Shown: positions 10,589 through 23,193 of the stretch, piece by piece
Layout: each line of letters starts with the position of its first letter
Numbering within the stretch: position 1 is the stretch's first letter
Origin: Plasmodiophora brassicae
Lineage: Eukaryota
Direction: 5' to 3'
DNA: 64,000 nt
NCBI GenBank assembly: GCA_036867785.1
Contig: CP145413.1
Coordinates: 930,001-994,000, forward strand
Program-made: the position numbers and the translations under genes
The notes under the pieces: generated by a model
The model's input: only the letters and a program-made list of their open reading frames with translations
Databases searched by the model: none
What the model was told of the DNA's origin: nothing

Positions 10589-11951
10589 ATGATCAACAGC
10601 AATCATAGCTCGAGGGCGGCGGACGGCGCCGGCGGCGAGACGCCGTTCCTGCGGTCCGCCAAGGACGGGTACGCGAAATGGTACCACCAGACGCCGGCCA
10701 TGGCGCGCGCCCTGGTCTTCGTCGGCGTTGCCGGGTCGGTCCTGTCCCTGGTCGGCGTCGACCGCGTCCTTGGGTACAACATGCCCTACTACACTGTCCT
10801 GCGATCGCAAGGTCGCCCCTGTGTTTGGATCCGGCGATGCTGCCCGCCATGCGACGCTGACGACCTTGTCTGGATACAGTTTGGCGAGTACTGACGGCCG
10901 GGTTCGTGGGGCGCTCGCTGCTCAGCGACGTATTCGCCATATTCAGCCTTTACCAGGTGTGCTGCGCCGGTTCACCAGCCCGTTGGGCGTGTGACTAACG
11001 CGGGTCCTGGTCAGATTCTGTTGCGTCTGGAGCCGGCGAAGGGCTCCACGTTCGTCCTCGTGACGTCGCTGGCAGCAAGCGTGGTGATCCAGTTCGTGAC
11101 GGTCATGCTGTTGACACTGGCGGGCATTCTGCTATCCTCAATGCTGTTCTTCCTGCACGGCGGCGGCTTCTGGCCGCTCGCGTTCGTCTTCATCGCGCTG
11201 GAATCGCAGGCTTCCGTCGATGCGACGAGACAGTAACGGTTCAGCCTCGTGGCGCTGTTCAGCTCCCTGATGCCTCCACCAGGTTCCTCTGCTTCCCTGT
11301 CGAAGTGCCGACGAAAGCGTACCCTGTGGTTCTTGCGGTATACATCAACGCCCAGGTGTGTTTGCGATTGCTTGGCTGACTGACATAGGTTCTGTTCTTC
11401 CTCCTGTCGGGCGGAAGTGCGATCGACATATTCGTCGGGTTGGCGTTAGGGATGCTTGGTAAGCGGGGAGCTTCCGATGTGTTCGACCCATTCGGCTGAC
11501 GGCGCTCGACTAAGCGGGAAAGTATCCCCGGGTCCAGTTCTCTACAGCGTCGTGCCGCGCCCTGGAGTCAAAGCCCTTCATGAAGAGCGTTGTCGATATG
11601 CCCGGGTTCGTCACCGTCGATAACATTGGCTATCTGATCAACGACGAGGAGCTCGGCGACCCGTACGTGCCCGTCTGGTCCACGTGTCTCGCTTCTAACG
11701 CCCCCTGGTCAGGGCACCGCATTTCGGGCAGACGTCCCAGCCGAGTCGCCCAGGTGCCCGACCATTCGCCGGTGTCGGGTACAAGCTGGGCAAGGCCGAC
11801 GATTCGGACGAGGCGCCTGGGATGGCCGAAGGCGCCGTCTTCCGATCGTCCATGGGTCATCCGCTCGCCGACCGCTACGTCCCCAACAGCAAGTACGTCC
11901 AATGAACCGGAACGAGCTAGGGGGCACGCCGGTCCTGACATGCACACTTAG
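10589..11951 (+). CDS. Rhomboid/Derlin-superfamily membrane protein, multi-exon
   Basis: WYHQTPAMARALVFV, LLRLEPAKGST, FPVEVPTKAYPVVL-type segments and several TM helices. Confidence 0.6.
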
Positions 11952-12022
11952 GCAAAGCTCGGGGACCGAACAACACTATGGCAAGGACATGGCCGACCCC
12001 AGCGCCAACTGATGACGTCCGA

Positions 12023-13135
12023 TTACAGTATTTTAACGCCCCCATCGTCGTCGTTGTTGTCGAGGTTAGCCATCGCGAAGATCGTCGTGAAGACACCGGC
12101 GAGGGCGGCGCCGTTCCCAGCGCCAACGACGCTGCGTACGAAGCAGAAGAACGGGAACCGGGCACCGCCTCGGCGATTCCTAGAGACGCTCGCGTGTATG
12201 CGCCCGAGGTCGTCCCTGTTCTGTAGCCGCCACTCGTCGAACCGGACGCCATGCAGCGACCTGTTCGCTGCGATCGCGCGCACGATCGCGCTCTGTGCCG
12301 CAAGGTCGCCAAGGTCGTTGTGGCGAACGTCGAGCCACATCAGTGTGCGGTTCGCGCTGATCGCTGCGGCCAGCGATGGTGTCGCGTCGCCCGTCATGCC
12401 GCAGTCGAACAGGTCCAAGACCTCCACCGACGCCTGCCGCGCCAGGGCCTCGGCGAACGCGATGATGCCTTGTGGTCCAACGCCCCGGTTACCGCTTAAC
12501 GACAGCGCCGTCATCGAGCTCGTGCTCGTCAGCGCTTTCGCAAGAGCGATGGCGCCCGCTTCCCCGATCGTGTTTTCAGCCAGCGATACATCGCGAATCG
12601 TGAAGTTGATCTCGAGCATCTGCCCCAGGGCGACGGCTCCGTCGTTGCCGATCTTGTTCGCAGACAGGTCCACCTTGTGCAGGACGTCGTTGTGGCGCAG
12701 GGCGCCCGCCAACGCGGCGCAGTCGCGGTCGGTCAGCAGGCACGATCGCAGGCGCAGGACGCGAAGCGACAGGTGCCCTTTCAGCGACGATGCCAACGCG
12801 TTGACGAACGGGGCCGACGCCGTGTTCCCTGACAGGTCCAGGTGCCGCAGCGTGGTCGTGGAGGTCAACGCGCGCGCCAGCGTCCGCATGCCATCGCCCG
12901 AGAACTCGTTGTCGCCCGCCTCGATCCGCGTCAGCGTCACATTGTCGCGTAGGCACCTGGCGATGTCGGCGGCGGCCTGGTCGCGTAGACGGTTGCCAGC
13001 GACGTTCAGCGTCAGGACGCGGCGGTTGGCGCGCAACGCGTCGATCAGGGCGCCCAGCCGTCGCTCGCCGATCAGCTGCCGGGACAGGTCGATGTTCAGC
13101 GCCGTGTCGATCGACGCTAACGCCGTCGATACCAT
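12023..13135 (-). CDS. RNI-like leucine-rich-repeat protein (NLRC3-type LRRs)
   Basis: Repeated 28-aa units such as LHKVDLSANKIGNDGAVALGQML; an alternative ATG lies at 13204. Confidence 0.88.
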   Translation of the reverse strand: MVSTALASIDTALNIDLSRQLIGERRLGALIDALRANRRVLTLNVAGNRLRDQAAADIARCLRDNVTLTRIEAGDNEFSGDGMRTLARALTSTTTLRHLDLSGNTASAPFVNALASSLKGHLSLRVLRLRSCLLTDRDCAALAGALRHNDVLHKVDLSANKIGNDGAVALGQMLEINFTIRDVSLAENTIGEAGAIALAKALTSTSSMTALSLSGNRGVGPQGIIAFAEALARQASVEVLDLFDCGMTGDATPSLAAAISANRTLMWLDVRHNDLGDLAAQSAIVRAIAANRSLHGVRFDEWRLQNRDDLGRIHASVSRNRRGGARFPFFCFVRSVVGAGNGAALAGVFTTIFAMANLDNNDDDGGVKIL

Positions 13136-13224
13136 CGACGAACCGTACCCCGGTGATGAGTCATCGCTCCGGAGCCGTTGACTCCTGATGGGCGGTTCGC
13201 ACATCCTAACCGTCCTATTGGTCG

Positions 13225-14025
13225 ATGCCAGGTGCTGCTCTCGTCGCCATCGTCGTCGCGATGGCGTCGCTGTGCCAGGTCGGCAGCGGCGCCGAATGCT
13301 ATCTAAGACCGTTCCATCGGCACGACCAGGTGTTCGGGTCGTGCCCGGCGTACGCGTCGTTATCGCCGCGTAACGCGTCCAACGTGATGATCGCGGCCGG
13401 CAACTTCCCCTGCGGGACCTGCCTGCGCGTTTCGAACGGGAACATGCAGGTCTATACGGTCGTTGTCGATCAGACACAATCGCCGTCGATCGACCTGCAC
13501 ATCGACCCGCTGACGACGCTGCTGGGGTCGTCGGACCCGTCGCTCCTCGTGGAAGGCTTGGCGGCGTGCTGTGCCGAGGTGGTCGATCGCAGCCAGTGTG
13601 CAGACCTGTATATCGCGAACGCAACGGCGACGGCCACAGGATGCAACGATAACGGACCAGACCCGACTGGGCGGGTACCGCCTGCGACCGACATGGGCGG
13701 TCCACCGGCGAACGTTCCCAATGGACAGATGCCACGCCAGCAGTTCCGTCCCATGTTCCAGCAGCGACAGCAGGGCATGGGGACGTTCATGATGCGACCG
13801 CCGCTGCCACAGCCCATCCACCCGCTACAACAGGCAGCGTTCCGGCCACAGCCAGCGTTCCAGATTCCGGACTGGACAGCGCCCAGTCGCAGCAACGTGA
13901 ACGTTCAGCCGGTCGACCCGTCCCTGCAGGCGAATCCGACAGCGCAGACGAGCGATGCCGTCGCAGACGCCAATGGCGATTCGACGGGCGCCCGCAGGAG
14001 GACCAAGATCCGCGTCTACGATTAA
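13225..14025 (+). CDS. Secreted RlpA-like double-psi beta-barrel (expansin/loosenin-like) protein with Pro/Gln-rich tail
   Basis: Signal peptide; CGTCLRVSNGNMQVYTVVVDQTQSPSIDLH matches the DPBB pattern CGxCxxV..VxVVD..xDL. Confidence 0.65.
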   Translation: MPGAALVAIVVAMASLCQVGSGAECYLRPFHRHDQVFGSCPAYASLSPRNASNVMIAAGNFPCGTCLRVSNGNMQVYTVVVDQTQSPSIDLHIDPLTTLLGSSDPSLLVEGLAACCAEVVDRSQCADLYIANATATATGCNDNGPDPTGRVPPATDMGGPPANVPNGQMPRQQFRPMFQQRQQGMGTFMMRPPLPQPIHPLQQAAFRPQPAFQIPDWTAPSRSNVNVQPVDPSLQANPTAQTSDAVADANGDSTGARRRTKIRVYD

Positions 14026-14537
14026 GGACGGCTGCTCATGCCTTCAGGCAGCTAACCGGCCAATGGGAATAGTCATTAAACGAATAACTGCTACTCAATA
14101 CCTGTGGCAAACAGTTCGGGATTGGCGCGAACATGGCAAGCGGGTGGGTGAACGACTGGAGGACAGCAGGATGGCGGCCATCCTGCTGTCCTCCAGTCGT
14201 GTGTCCCGACCGTGCCCATCGTTCTTGTGTCGACCACGTACACCTACGCGCTGCCCGTTCGGTGCTTCATGCTCACGATCGCGTCCGTTGCGCTGGAACC
14301 CGCCACCGAATCGTTGACGCTCTGCCCATGGCAGGTGGCCGACGTACGAGCACGTCGGCCACTGCTGACGTATCGAGCAGTATCAAACGATGGGGATTAC
14401 GGCCGAGTCGGGGTGCGATCCGGCCACATCGGATGGTCAGGACGCTGTCGCGACAGACGGGTGCACCACGTACCCAGCAAGCGCGAGGCGTCTGTCATAC
14501 CATCCACTGTATTGAGCGCCTGGGCAACGTAGTGACG

Positions 14538-15959
14538 TCAGACGGCCAAGCCGACCGACGGGTAGATCCTGCGAACGGCAGCGACCAGCTTCTGGTGCAG
14601 CGCCGGGTGGTGGGTCGCCAACGCGGCGGGTTCCTCGGCCCACAGGACCATGAACGTGACCACGCAGGCTTCCAGGACGGACATGACGACGCCGGTCAGG
14701 AAAGCGCCCAGGAAGAAACACAGGATCATGACGGGGGCGGCGTTGCCATGGCCGCCGACGCCAGCGTAAACGACGCCACCGATCACAGCACCGGCCACGC
14801 CGCCAATCAGGGCAGACAGCCAGAACGCCAACCCGGACATGTCGTCGTTGACGATCACGTCCAGGCCACGACGCTGCAGCAACTCCCACGTGTTCTTCGC
14901 CGCTGGAGGGAGGGGGACACACGGTCAGCAACCGGATGCAACCAATGGCGCGCAGGCATCGTCCTCGGTACCTGAGCAGAAGTCCTGGCCCCAGATGGCG
15001 ACGTACGCGTACGCGTACTTGGTGATGAACTGGGCAATCGCCTGGATGCACCCGAGGATGCAATCAATGATACAGGCCATAACCCAGTGGTCGCGACTCA
15101 TCGAGCGGGCGAGCACGCGCAACGTCTCAATCAGCGACACGATGAACGACCCATAGCAGATCGAGCCGAAGCTGGTCGTCAGCGCACGTTTCGCCGACGC
15201 CGACGTGACGTTGCGCGTCTGGCTCTGGTAGTACCAGGTCGCGGCAACGCCACCGGCAATCACCTGGACGACGTTCATGAGAACGTTGGAGGTCCAGTAC
15301 AGGCTGAGGATCAGCAGGAACGCCACAATGCCGCTGTTGGCGCCGGCCGCACCGAGCACCGCCACCGTCCAGACGACGGCCCAGACGATGCTGACCACCT
15401 GCATGAAGAACGCGACGTACACCGACGCCCCGTACTGCTTGATGCAGGTCGTCGCCATCTCCAGCATGATCGTCGTGAACTCGATACGGTTCCGGACGAA
15501 GTAGTACCAGACGGCACCCAGGAGGCCGAACACAATGAAGATGACGCCGGCGCCGACCGCCCCAGCGGCGAGCGACGCGACGCCGGCCACCAGCATCAAG
15601 GCCACGTTGGCGAACATTGCGAATTTGATCAGGTTCGACGAGATGCGCGGGTGGTTTAGGACGCGGACCCATCCGAGACCGAACGCGACGCTGCCGACGA
15701 ACCCGACCGCCAGACCGGCGATGATCGCCGTCGATTCCTTGTCCGGCGTGGCGTTCGACGACGACGAGTCCTGCAGGTGTATGTTCTTGAAGTTCAGGAC
15801 GGCGGCGACGACGACCGCGGCGACATTGACGGCGAACAGGATCGCCCAGATCACGTCATTGTACTTGGCGGCCGGCGGACCCGGCTGGACGGCGGCCTGG
15901 TTGGCGACGACCGGCCCGGGCTTCGCCTGCTCGTTGGCGTACATATCACACTGCTGCAA
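14538..15959 (-). CDS. Choline transporter-like (CTL/Pns1) membrane protein; 1 intron
   Basis: KYNDVIWAILF, RNRIEF, RALTTSFGSICYGSFIV, KYAYAYVAIWGQDFC, IVNDDM. Confidence 0.92.
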
Positions 15960-16409
15960 ACGGCGACCGATGCAGATTCACGCGTCGACTGGGCACGCGA
16001 CCTCGAAGATCTGCCCGCTGCACGTCAGCGCCCCCTGTCAGTCAGATACTATCCCCGATACGTTCTGGAATGCCGCCGGGCGCGACCACAGCGGCACGGC
16101 ACGGCCCCAGTTGTTGATGAATTTGAATTCAACCCACCCGGGCGCTTTTTGTTTTGCGTGGCACTGCTCCTCAGTCCTGCCGCCGGGCACGCACACGTCG
16201 ACGTGGCGCGAGTCTCGCCACGTGGCGGCGCTATTTCAGGCGCGGGTCGGTCGCGTCGCGCCTGTCGTTATTATTTCTAGGACCTCAGCGGTGTGTTCCT
16301 ATTCTGCACGGTGAGGCCGCGTGTGTCCCCCCACTGCGACTTCTGTTGAGTCACGGCTGCAGCAAACGGGCGCACAGACACAAAGTTTAGCTTCCGGGTG
16401 CCGTGATGT

Positions 16410-18557
16410 TCAAACGACCGCGAGCTGGGACTGGTTAGGGAAGCGTTTCTGCAGGTCGGCAACCTCGCGGTCGAGGATCTCGCGCTGCTCGCTCACGCGT
16501 TCGGCAATGTCGTTCAGAGCAGCTTTGTTGTCTTCGGTGAGGGCGGACGTGTTGACCTGCACTGGTGCGTTAGCTGGCAGGTTTACGACGAGTCGGTGAA
16601 GGGTCGGCCGCGACCTTTGAAATGACGTCCTGCATGACGCGGAGGACGGCACCGAGTTGGTTGGGCAACCACGTGACGATGGGTGAACCGCCGGTGGCAA
16701 CCGGGTGCGACGAGTACCGGAGGATGTACTCCTTCGTGAAGTTCCAATGCCTGGAGCGGAAGTTTCGTACACCGTCGACAATCTTCAGGTACAGCACTGT
16801 TGACAATACGTTAGATTACGACAGCACGAGGTGATGCTGCGTTCAACCGGCCGAGTTCGGATCCGCTTCCGCAAACTGGCGCACGTTCACCCGATTCGCC
16901 TGATGTTCGACCCACTGGACAAATTCCGAATGGTTGGTCGGTCTGTACGAGCGGAAGTCCTGGACAGAGCCTCGACAGTAAGCTTCCATAATACGGTTGG
17001 TTTCTGCCGCAATATACCCGAAGGATGCTGGTCAGCGGGTTCTCCGGCAAGCTCAGGGTCAGTTGGAGTAGGTTGTCTGCCATAATTAATATCTGTCAGT
17101 TCAAAGTCAAGTGCCCGGGGAGGTACGATGCGAACCGATGGTTGGGATCATCGAATCGTTCGCGCCAGATTCCCCGCGGAAAAAGGTCGGCTCCTCCGAC
17201 ACGCCTTCGTAGACGACCCCATGCGGGAACATGGGTTGGTTCTTTGTCCCCATGATGAACGTCTGTTAGGCACAGTCACACGTCATGTTCATGCGTTGGA
17301 CGGTGCACATGAAGTGGCATACGCGGAACTGGTCATAATCCGATGGCCCTACCCACACAGTCAGCTTTGGACTTCTTTGCATAGCAGTAACTGGCAAGCT
17401 TACTGGAGCGGTTCCACATGCTTTCCATAACGGAATTGATACAGCTGAGCGTGGAGCAGACATCCTGGCTGTCGTTCAGATAAAACAGGGGAGCACCTTC
17501 ACTTTTCGTACCACAAGTCCCTGATTGAACGCTTGCCGATTGTTGGAGCTCGCACCGTCTACAACAGCCAGAACGCCGTTCACTAGCGCCCCCGAGTGCC
17601 TCACCATAGAAACGTGCACCAAGATGAACCCATGCTCTGATTTCGTTCCCTGCCAACAATGTGACCAAACGTTATATTGGAGAGAGCGGCCAGGACAGTG
17701 CCCACCCCAAATGCGCGTATCAGCTCAAGGTTGGGATAGTCGGGAGGCTTTGTTGTGTCAGTGCGCCGGTAGTTGTACAAACTATCAAGAAACCGCATAC
17801 GTCAAACGCGGCCTTCCCATCTGTCCATTCGCATGGCCCACCTGTAGGAGAGAGCGTACTCCATAAACGGTTTGGCGCCAATTTTCTTCGCAACTGTTGC
17901 CAACGGAACGGCTCTGTAGCGAACCGTAAGCATCAAATATCATAACAGCAACGCAAGTCAACAGTTACATGTTTCGCGGAAGTCTGTCACGTCCAAGGCC
18001 ATAGTCTTTCGTCGTCCTGTAGTTCAAGTCGCACGGTTCCAGAAGGTATGCCGATGCAACAAACGTGTAATCGCGGTAAAGGCCTGTCGCCGACAGCTGT
18101 CGGAATAGAGTAATTCCAGCACGTGCCATAGCATACCTGCGAGTAGACGCGTATCCTCGATGTCCGATAGGTCGTACAGTGGAAGCTCCTTCTCGACAGC
18201 CTCACCGAACTTGCCCGAAGCCAGCAATCCTGGCTGCCCGTTGGCCATCACGATCGGCATGCGCTGAAGCAGCGACTCCAACTCCTTGAAGCGCTCGGGC
18301 AAGGCTGGCAACGGGTCCTGGCGTGGCAGGAACCCGTTCTCGACGCCGACCATGAACTAGCACATTCGACGCTTGTCATGCGCTGCCCACAGTAACTCGA
18401 CACGCAAACGTACCTGCGGCCTGGACACATCTTTCGGGTCGATCTGCATACGCCATGTCTCGACAGCGTTCCCCGCTTTGTCAACCGGGCATTTATCGGC
18501 CTGACTGTCGTGCAGCTTGGTATGCATGGCGCGAGCGTTGACGTCGTACTCGCACAT
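16410..18557 (-). CDS. Indoleamine 2,3-dioxygenase family protein, fungal IDO-gamma-like, multi-exon
   Basis: NGFLPRQDPLPALP, RDYTFVASAYLLEPC, SLYNY, SEHGFILVHV, FRSRHWNFTKEYIL..ATGGSPIVTWLPNQL. Confidence 0.85.
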
Positions 18558-18765
18558 TATGACACGGAACGATCTCGAACGGTCGCTGAGGTACAGATGC
18601 ACGGAACGATCTCGAACAAGTGACGGTCGCGGCGATCCCCAAAGTGGGCCCCCTCCGTTCCGCCAGGCTGCGCGACGCCACGCGCCCACGCGGCCGCCTC
18701 CCCGTCATCCGGATGCACAGATCAGAGGCTGGGCCACCGGGACCACATGTTGTGCGCCCTCTCGT

Positions 18766-19524
18766 TTACGTATTCCTAACATAGGCAAACTGTTTCGATC
18801 CCAGGAACGTCATGTAGGGATCGTCGTGATCGGCGAGAAGGACCTTGCCAGACCAGTGTTCGGGACGGACGAACGCGCAGACGATTCTGGCGAATACGAT
18901 GTCGTGCTCGTCGTCGTCCCTGTCAAAGGTGTCCATGCGGTGCCACACGCACACAAGGTGGGCAATCGCTTCGGCGACCGCTGACAGTTTCCGGCTCTTG
19001 CACAGGATCTCATTCCGCTTCTTCGCTACTGGACACCGGGCGTTAGATCGTCCTCGGCCAAGGACACAAAGAGCAAGCGAACCGGAATTTCTTCTCGATG
19101 ATGTTGACTCGCCAGTGGTGAATTCATCCCAACCTGGCTGGCAGCGAGTTAGCCCGATGTCCTGGAACTTGTCGAGACAATCTCTGCCAGAGCACGATCC
19201 AACGGCGAACACCTTGGCCTCTAGCGATTTACAAGGAATATTGAGGACTGTTCAGTTCGTTAGCTCCTCGACGAATACGCGGCGGTGGCACACGTATACA
19301 GCGTTACCGAACATGGGGTTCGCGCGCAGCATTTCAGCAGAGAAGCGGGAACGCCGGATGGACGCAAGGAACCCGCCCTTGTTGTTGGCCGGCGTCAGCC
19401 AAGTCAGCGTCATCAAGTTGTCCCGGCCGGCATTCTCGTCGGTCGTCGACAGCAGGACGACGGGATTCGGGTACAGGAACCTGGAGCACAGCTGCTGCTC
19501 CCAAACGAGGACGCACCGCGCCAT
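18766..19524 (-). CDS. Flavin reductase-like (FMN-binding split barrel) protein; 1 intron
   Basis: RFLYPNPVVLLST..NLMTLTWLTP, SIRRSRFS, VGSCSGRDCLDKF, AIAHLVC, HDIVFARIV. Confidence 0.8.
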
Positions 19525-19884
19525 CGCCGCAGGCCGCAGTTTTGCTGGCTGTGGAATTTCCGGCACGTTCGCACCGCTCTGTGTGTCCCTTTGTGTGAAT
19601 ACGGCTCTAACGTCATAAGAAAGCATTGTGATAAAGGCTGAATATCGCCAGGTCAGACTGACGTTGCTGCCGGAGCGACATGTCATTTGGAATCAGCGTT
19701 GCGTCCTATGTACGGCGGAATGCCGCGCAACCGGGCCATTGCAACGAAACGGAGTGGTGCTACCATCCCACAGCAGGTCAAGAATCAGCACCGTGACGAA
19801 ATCGGAACGGTCCTGCCACGGAGACGTTGCCGCTGCCCCTCGGTTCCTCGGAGTGCTCTTGCCAGAGCCGAAAACGTGCGACAG

Positions 19885-22665
19885 ATGAAATTTTCGACGG
19901 GTTCCGAGAATAGCACGCCACAAGGGCAACTGGCAAGCGCTGTTAGTGTTCGCGCCGATAGCGTCGCTGGCTCGCCCAGACTACCGGTATAGGCGGCCGC
20001 AATGGCGCTCGAGATTGTTAGGCCCGTGGTTGGCGTCGACGCCGGGTGGGATTCGGTCGTCGCCCGATTCAACGCGTTTGCGCGGCGCCTCGCTGGTGGC
20101 GATGTCGGGCGCGACCTGGAGATCGTCCCGCAATATACGTCGGGGCCGACCCCGTATCCCGCCCCAGCCTGATTCTGAACGGAATCGCCATAGGCTTGTA
20201 CATGACATCTGTCTGCAAGGATCCGCGTACGCCGCCTCGCTGTATGACCGTGTGGAGCCATTGATGTCCAACTGGATTCGGAATGACCTCGTGCCGCGAT
20301 GTCGCTGGGGGCCCATTCTGCACGCCTACGTTCGGATGTATCGGGAATTCGCGCTCGCATCAAAAGTATTACCTGTTTCGTTTCGCCTGTATACACTTCC
20401 GGCCAATGACTTTGTGGTTGTTTCTCATAGTATATGACGGCTGTCTTCCGATACCTTGTCAGTGGACTCGTCGTGTGGCCCCCTGCCTGCGTCTCATGAT
20501 TTGCTCGATTCCTGCTAGGATCAACATCATGTGCTGCGAGAAAAGCTGGCCCCAGTGACCGCTGTCTGCCTGGCATGTTTCAGGGAGCACGTGCACAACG
20601 CGCTCTCTGGGAGCGTCATCTCGGCTATATTGGAGCAGCTGGCTGAGTTTCGGGCCAACGCCCCGGTCAGTTTCTCCGTTCTGTCCGACGCTGTCCACGT
20701 GTTCATGTCCGTTGCCGACAACGGGAGCGTGTATTATGACGACCTGGAGCCTGTGCTGCTCCGATCGGCAAGCTCGTTCTACGATTCGGAATTCGTCAAC
20801 AGGTTGCTGTCATCGGGGAACGCCTCGTCCTATCTGCACGCGGTTGCAGCAATTCTGTCCAAAGAGCTGGACAACGCCAAGTTATGGCTGCCCGACGACT
20901 CGGTCGACCGATTACGTGGGCTTCTTCACGAAAGGCTGCTCGCCCAGACGTTTTCATCACTGCTGGGCGGCTCAGGTTTCTCCCAAATGCTACTGGAAGG
21001 CAACACGAGAGGTTCGAGCACGTGCTATCCTCCGGTATCCGCAATGGCTGATTGCGTTGTTAGACATTGCCCTCGTGTACGACCTGTACGCCAACGATGC
21101 AGCTTGTGTCGAGGAACTCGCCACGAAGTATATGGACTATGTCGTGGCGAAGGGGAAACAGCTCGATCAGCGATCCGAAATTGTTGCCAAGCTGATTGAT
21201 CTGCAATCGATCGAGCTTCGTCGCACAGTCCAGACCTGCTTCCAGAACAGCATCAGGTACATGTACTGACGTATCGTATCCCCGCGGCGTCTGAACGACG
21301 TGCAATGCGCAGGTTCCACAGGGCTCTTCATGACGCAATGGAAACTCTGCTCAGCATGATCCCCAATGGGACATTGCTGGTGGCACAGCACCTTGATGCG
21401 GTCCTGTCACGGGTAACGATGACCTCGGAGGATGAGATCAGTGCGATTGTCAGCATTGTGTCTTGCCTACGGCTCGAGAAAGATTTCTTCGCCATGCAGT
21501 ACAGGCAAGGGCTCGCATCGCGCTTGCTTCGATACCATGCCAGTACCGCTGTCTGCTCGAAGTCCTGCTCGTGCTTCCGAGATCGGCTGGTCATCAGCAA
21601 ATTTCGAAGTACGTTCGGCTGGGGCTACTGCCATCAGATGGAGTGCATGGTGTCGGATGCTCAGGAAGAACCGCTCCGGACGCGGCTCGGCTCGGCCGAG
21701 GTAACTGCTCGTGTTATTACCACCGGATCGTGGCCCAGGTACAGCCAAGAGGACGACATTCTGCCGTGCAGGTTGGTCTTCGCAACTGCTACCATCTAGC
21801 CCTGGCTGACACAATATCGACGCTAGGCCGATTCTTCCAGCACTGAGTGCTCTGGAGGGGATCTACGCTCAAGTCACGTCTGGGCGTCGCCTGCGATGGG
21901 TCCACAGTCTTGGCGGTGCAGTCCTTGTTGGTACGCTGCACAACGTTCTGCTCCTAATGTTCAACGCCAACGCCGCCCCACAGGGAACTGCCTGCGGGCG
22001 CGCCCCGAGATTTCGGTCTCGACGCCTCAGGCCGCCATCCTCCTCCAACTGAACTCTGCCGATTCGATCCAGATCGGAAGTCTGCCCGCATCGACGGGGG
22101 CAAGCGCGAACTTGATCAAACGAGCCCTGCGCCTCATGTGCACAGGCAAACTGAACGTAGGCGATTCGGGATGAAACGTACCGGATTAGCCGGCATTCCT
22201 GATCCAGCACGGTTGCCCAGATACTCAGCAAAGATCCTGTTCAAGGCTATTCGGTCACTGATCGAATCCGGGTCAACACCAAGTTCCAGGCTCAATCGCG
22301 ACGGATTTCGATCGCTCTCGCCGCTGAAACATCGGGCGCCTCCCCTGAAGCCGATGCCGAAACCAAGAAGGTCGTTGCCGAGGTCTGCCTCTCGCCTGCC
22401 GTCGCGTGTACTGGGGACGCTGAACGTACAATATTTGTCGCGACAGGACCGACGTCACGTCGTGGAAGCGTTCATTGTCCGGCTGCTGAAACGCGTCAAG
22501 TCCATGTCCATGGCCGAGTTGCTGTCGGCGTTAGCCACAGACGCGCCCGTCAACTGCCGCCCGGATCCGTCGACGGTTCCCGCCATCGTCGACGACCTCG
22601 TGTCGAGGGAGTACCTGCACCGGGACGGGGCGAACCCAAGTCTACTGCATTACAACGCTTACTGA
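19885..22665 (+). CDS. Divergent cullin family protein, multi-exon
   Basis: EKDFFAMQYRQGLASRLL, MECMVSD, VITTGSWP, SGRRLRW, VSTPQAAILL, neddylation domain DRRHVVEAFIVRLLKRVK..LVSREYLHRD. Confidence 0.88.
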
Positions 22666-22731
22666 TGACGACGACGTCTCTGCTGCTGGGACAGCGAACA
22701 CGTCATCTTTATCATCCAGGAGCACATAGGT

Positions 22732-23193
22732 CTACAGCGGGGCGGTTTCGACGCGTTCCAGCAGATCCGGTGCAATGCGGACGCTTGGCGGGATGGACTC
22801 GATGGGGCTCGTCGCCGGGCCGGCGCCTTCCACGACCTTGACGCGCTTCTCCAGGCCGGCCTGCAGGTTGACCTTCGGGCTAGCCGCTGGCCGGGCGGCC
22901 GACGACGATGCCGGCACCTCTCCGGTCGCCATCGCCTTGGCCTGCGCCGCCGTCGGCGACAACTTCACACGATGCACGAGATCGTCGCTAAGTCGAACGC
23001 CTTCGGGCGGCGCGACAAGCCGCCCCAGCTTCTTCTGCGGCACCGACTGCTGCTGTTTCACGACCTCTGGCATCGTCGTCGGCCCCGCCGGTGCAGGGGG
23101 CGCTCGCGTTATGCGGGCGGCGATCTCCGGGCTCAGCGCCGACGACGTCGCCGATGCCGGATGACGACTGCCACCAGCGTGACTGTTCCCCAT
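22732..23193 (-). CDS. Small low-complexity hypothetical protein with possible N-myristoylation (MGNSHA)
   Basis: Intronless ORF with two similar short motifs (PEGVRLSDDLVHRV, PPSVRIAPDLLERV). Confidence 0.55.
   Translation of the reverse strand: MGNSHAGGSRHPASATSSALSPEIAARITRAPPAPAGPTTMPEVVKQQQSVPQKKLGRLVAPPEGVRLSDDLVHRVKLSPTAAQAKAMATGEVPASSSAARPAASPKVNLQAGLEKRVKVVEGAGPATSPIESIPPSVRIAPDLLERVETAPL

Noticed and set aside
12012-13181. 389-aa plus-strand ORF, and many similar long antisense ORFs across the window
   Set aside because: Shadow frames of real genes caused by high GC; no domain signal
14040-14532. Possible small gene between the DPBB and CTL genes
   Set aside because: No consistent frame or recognisable domain could be assembled
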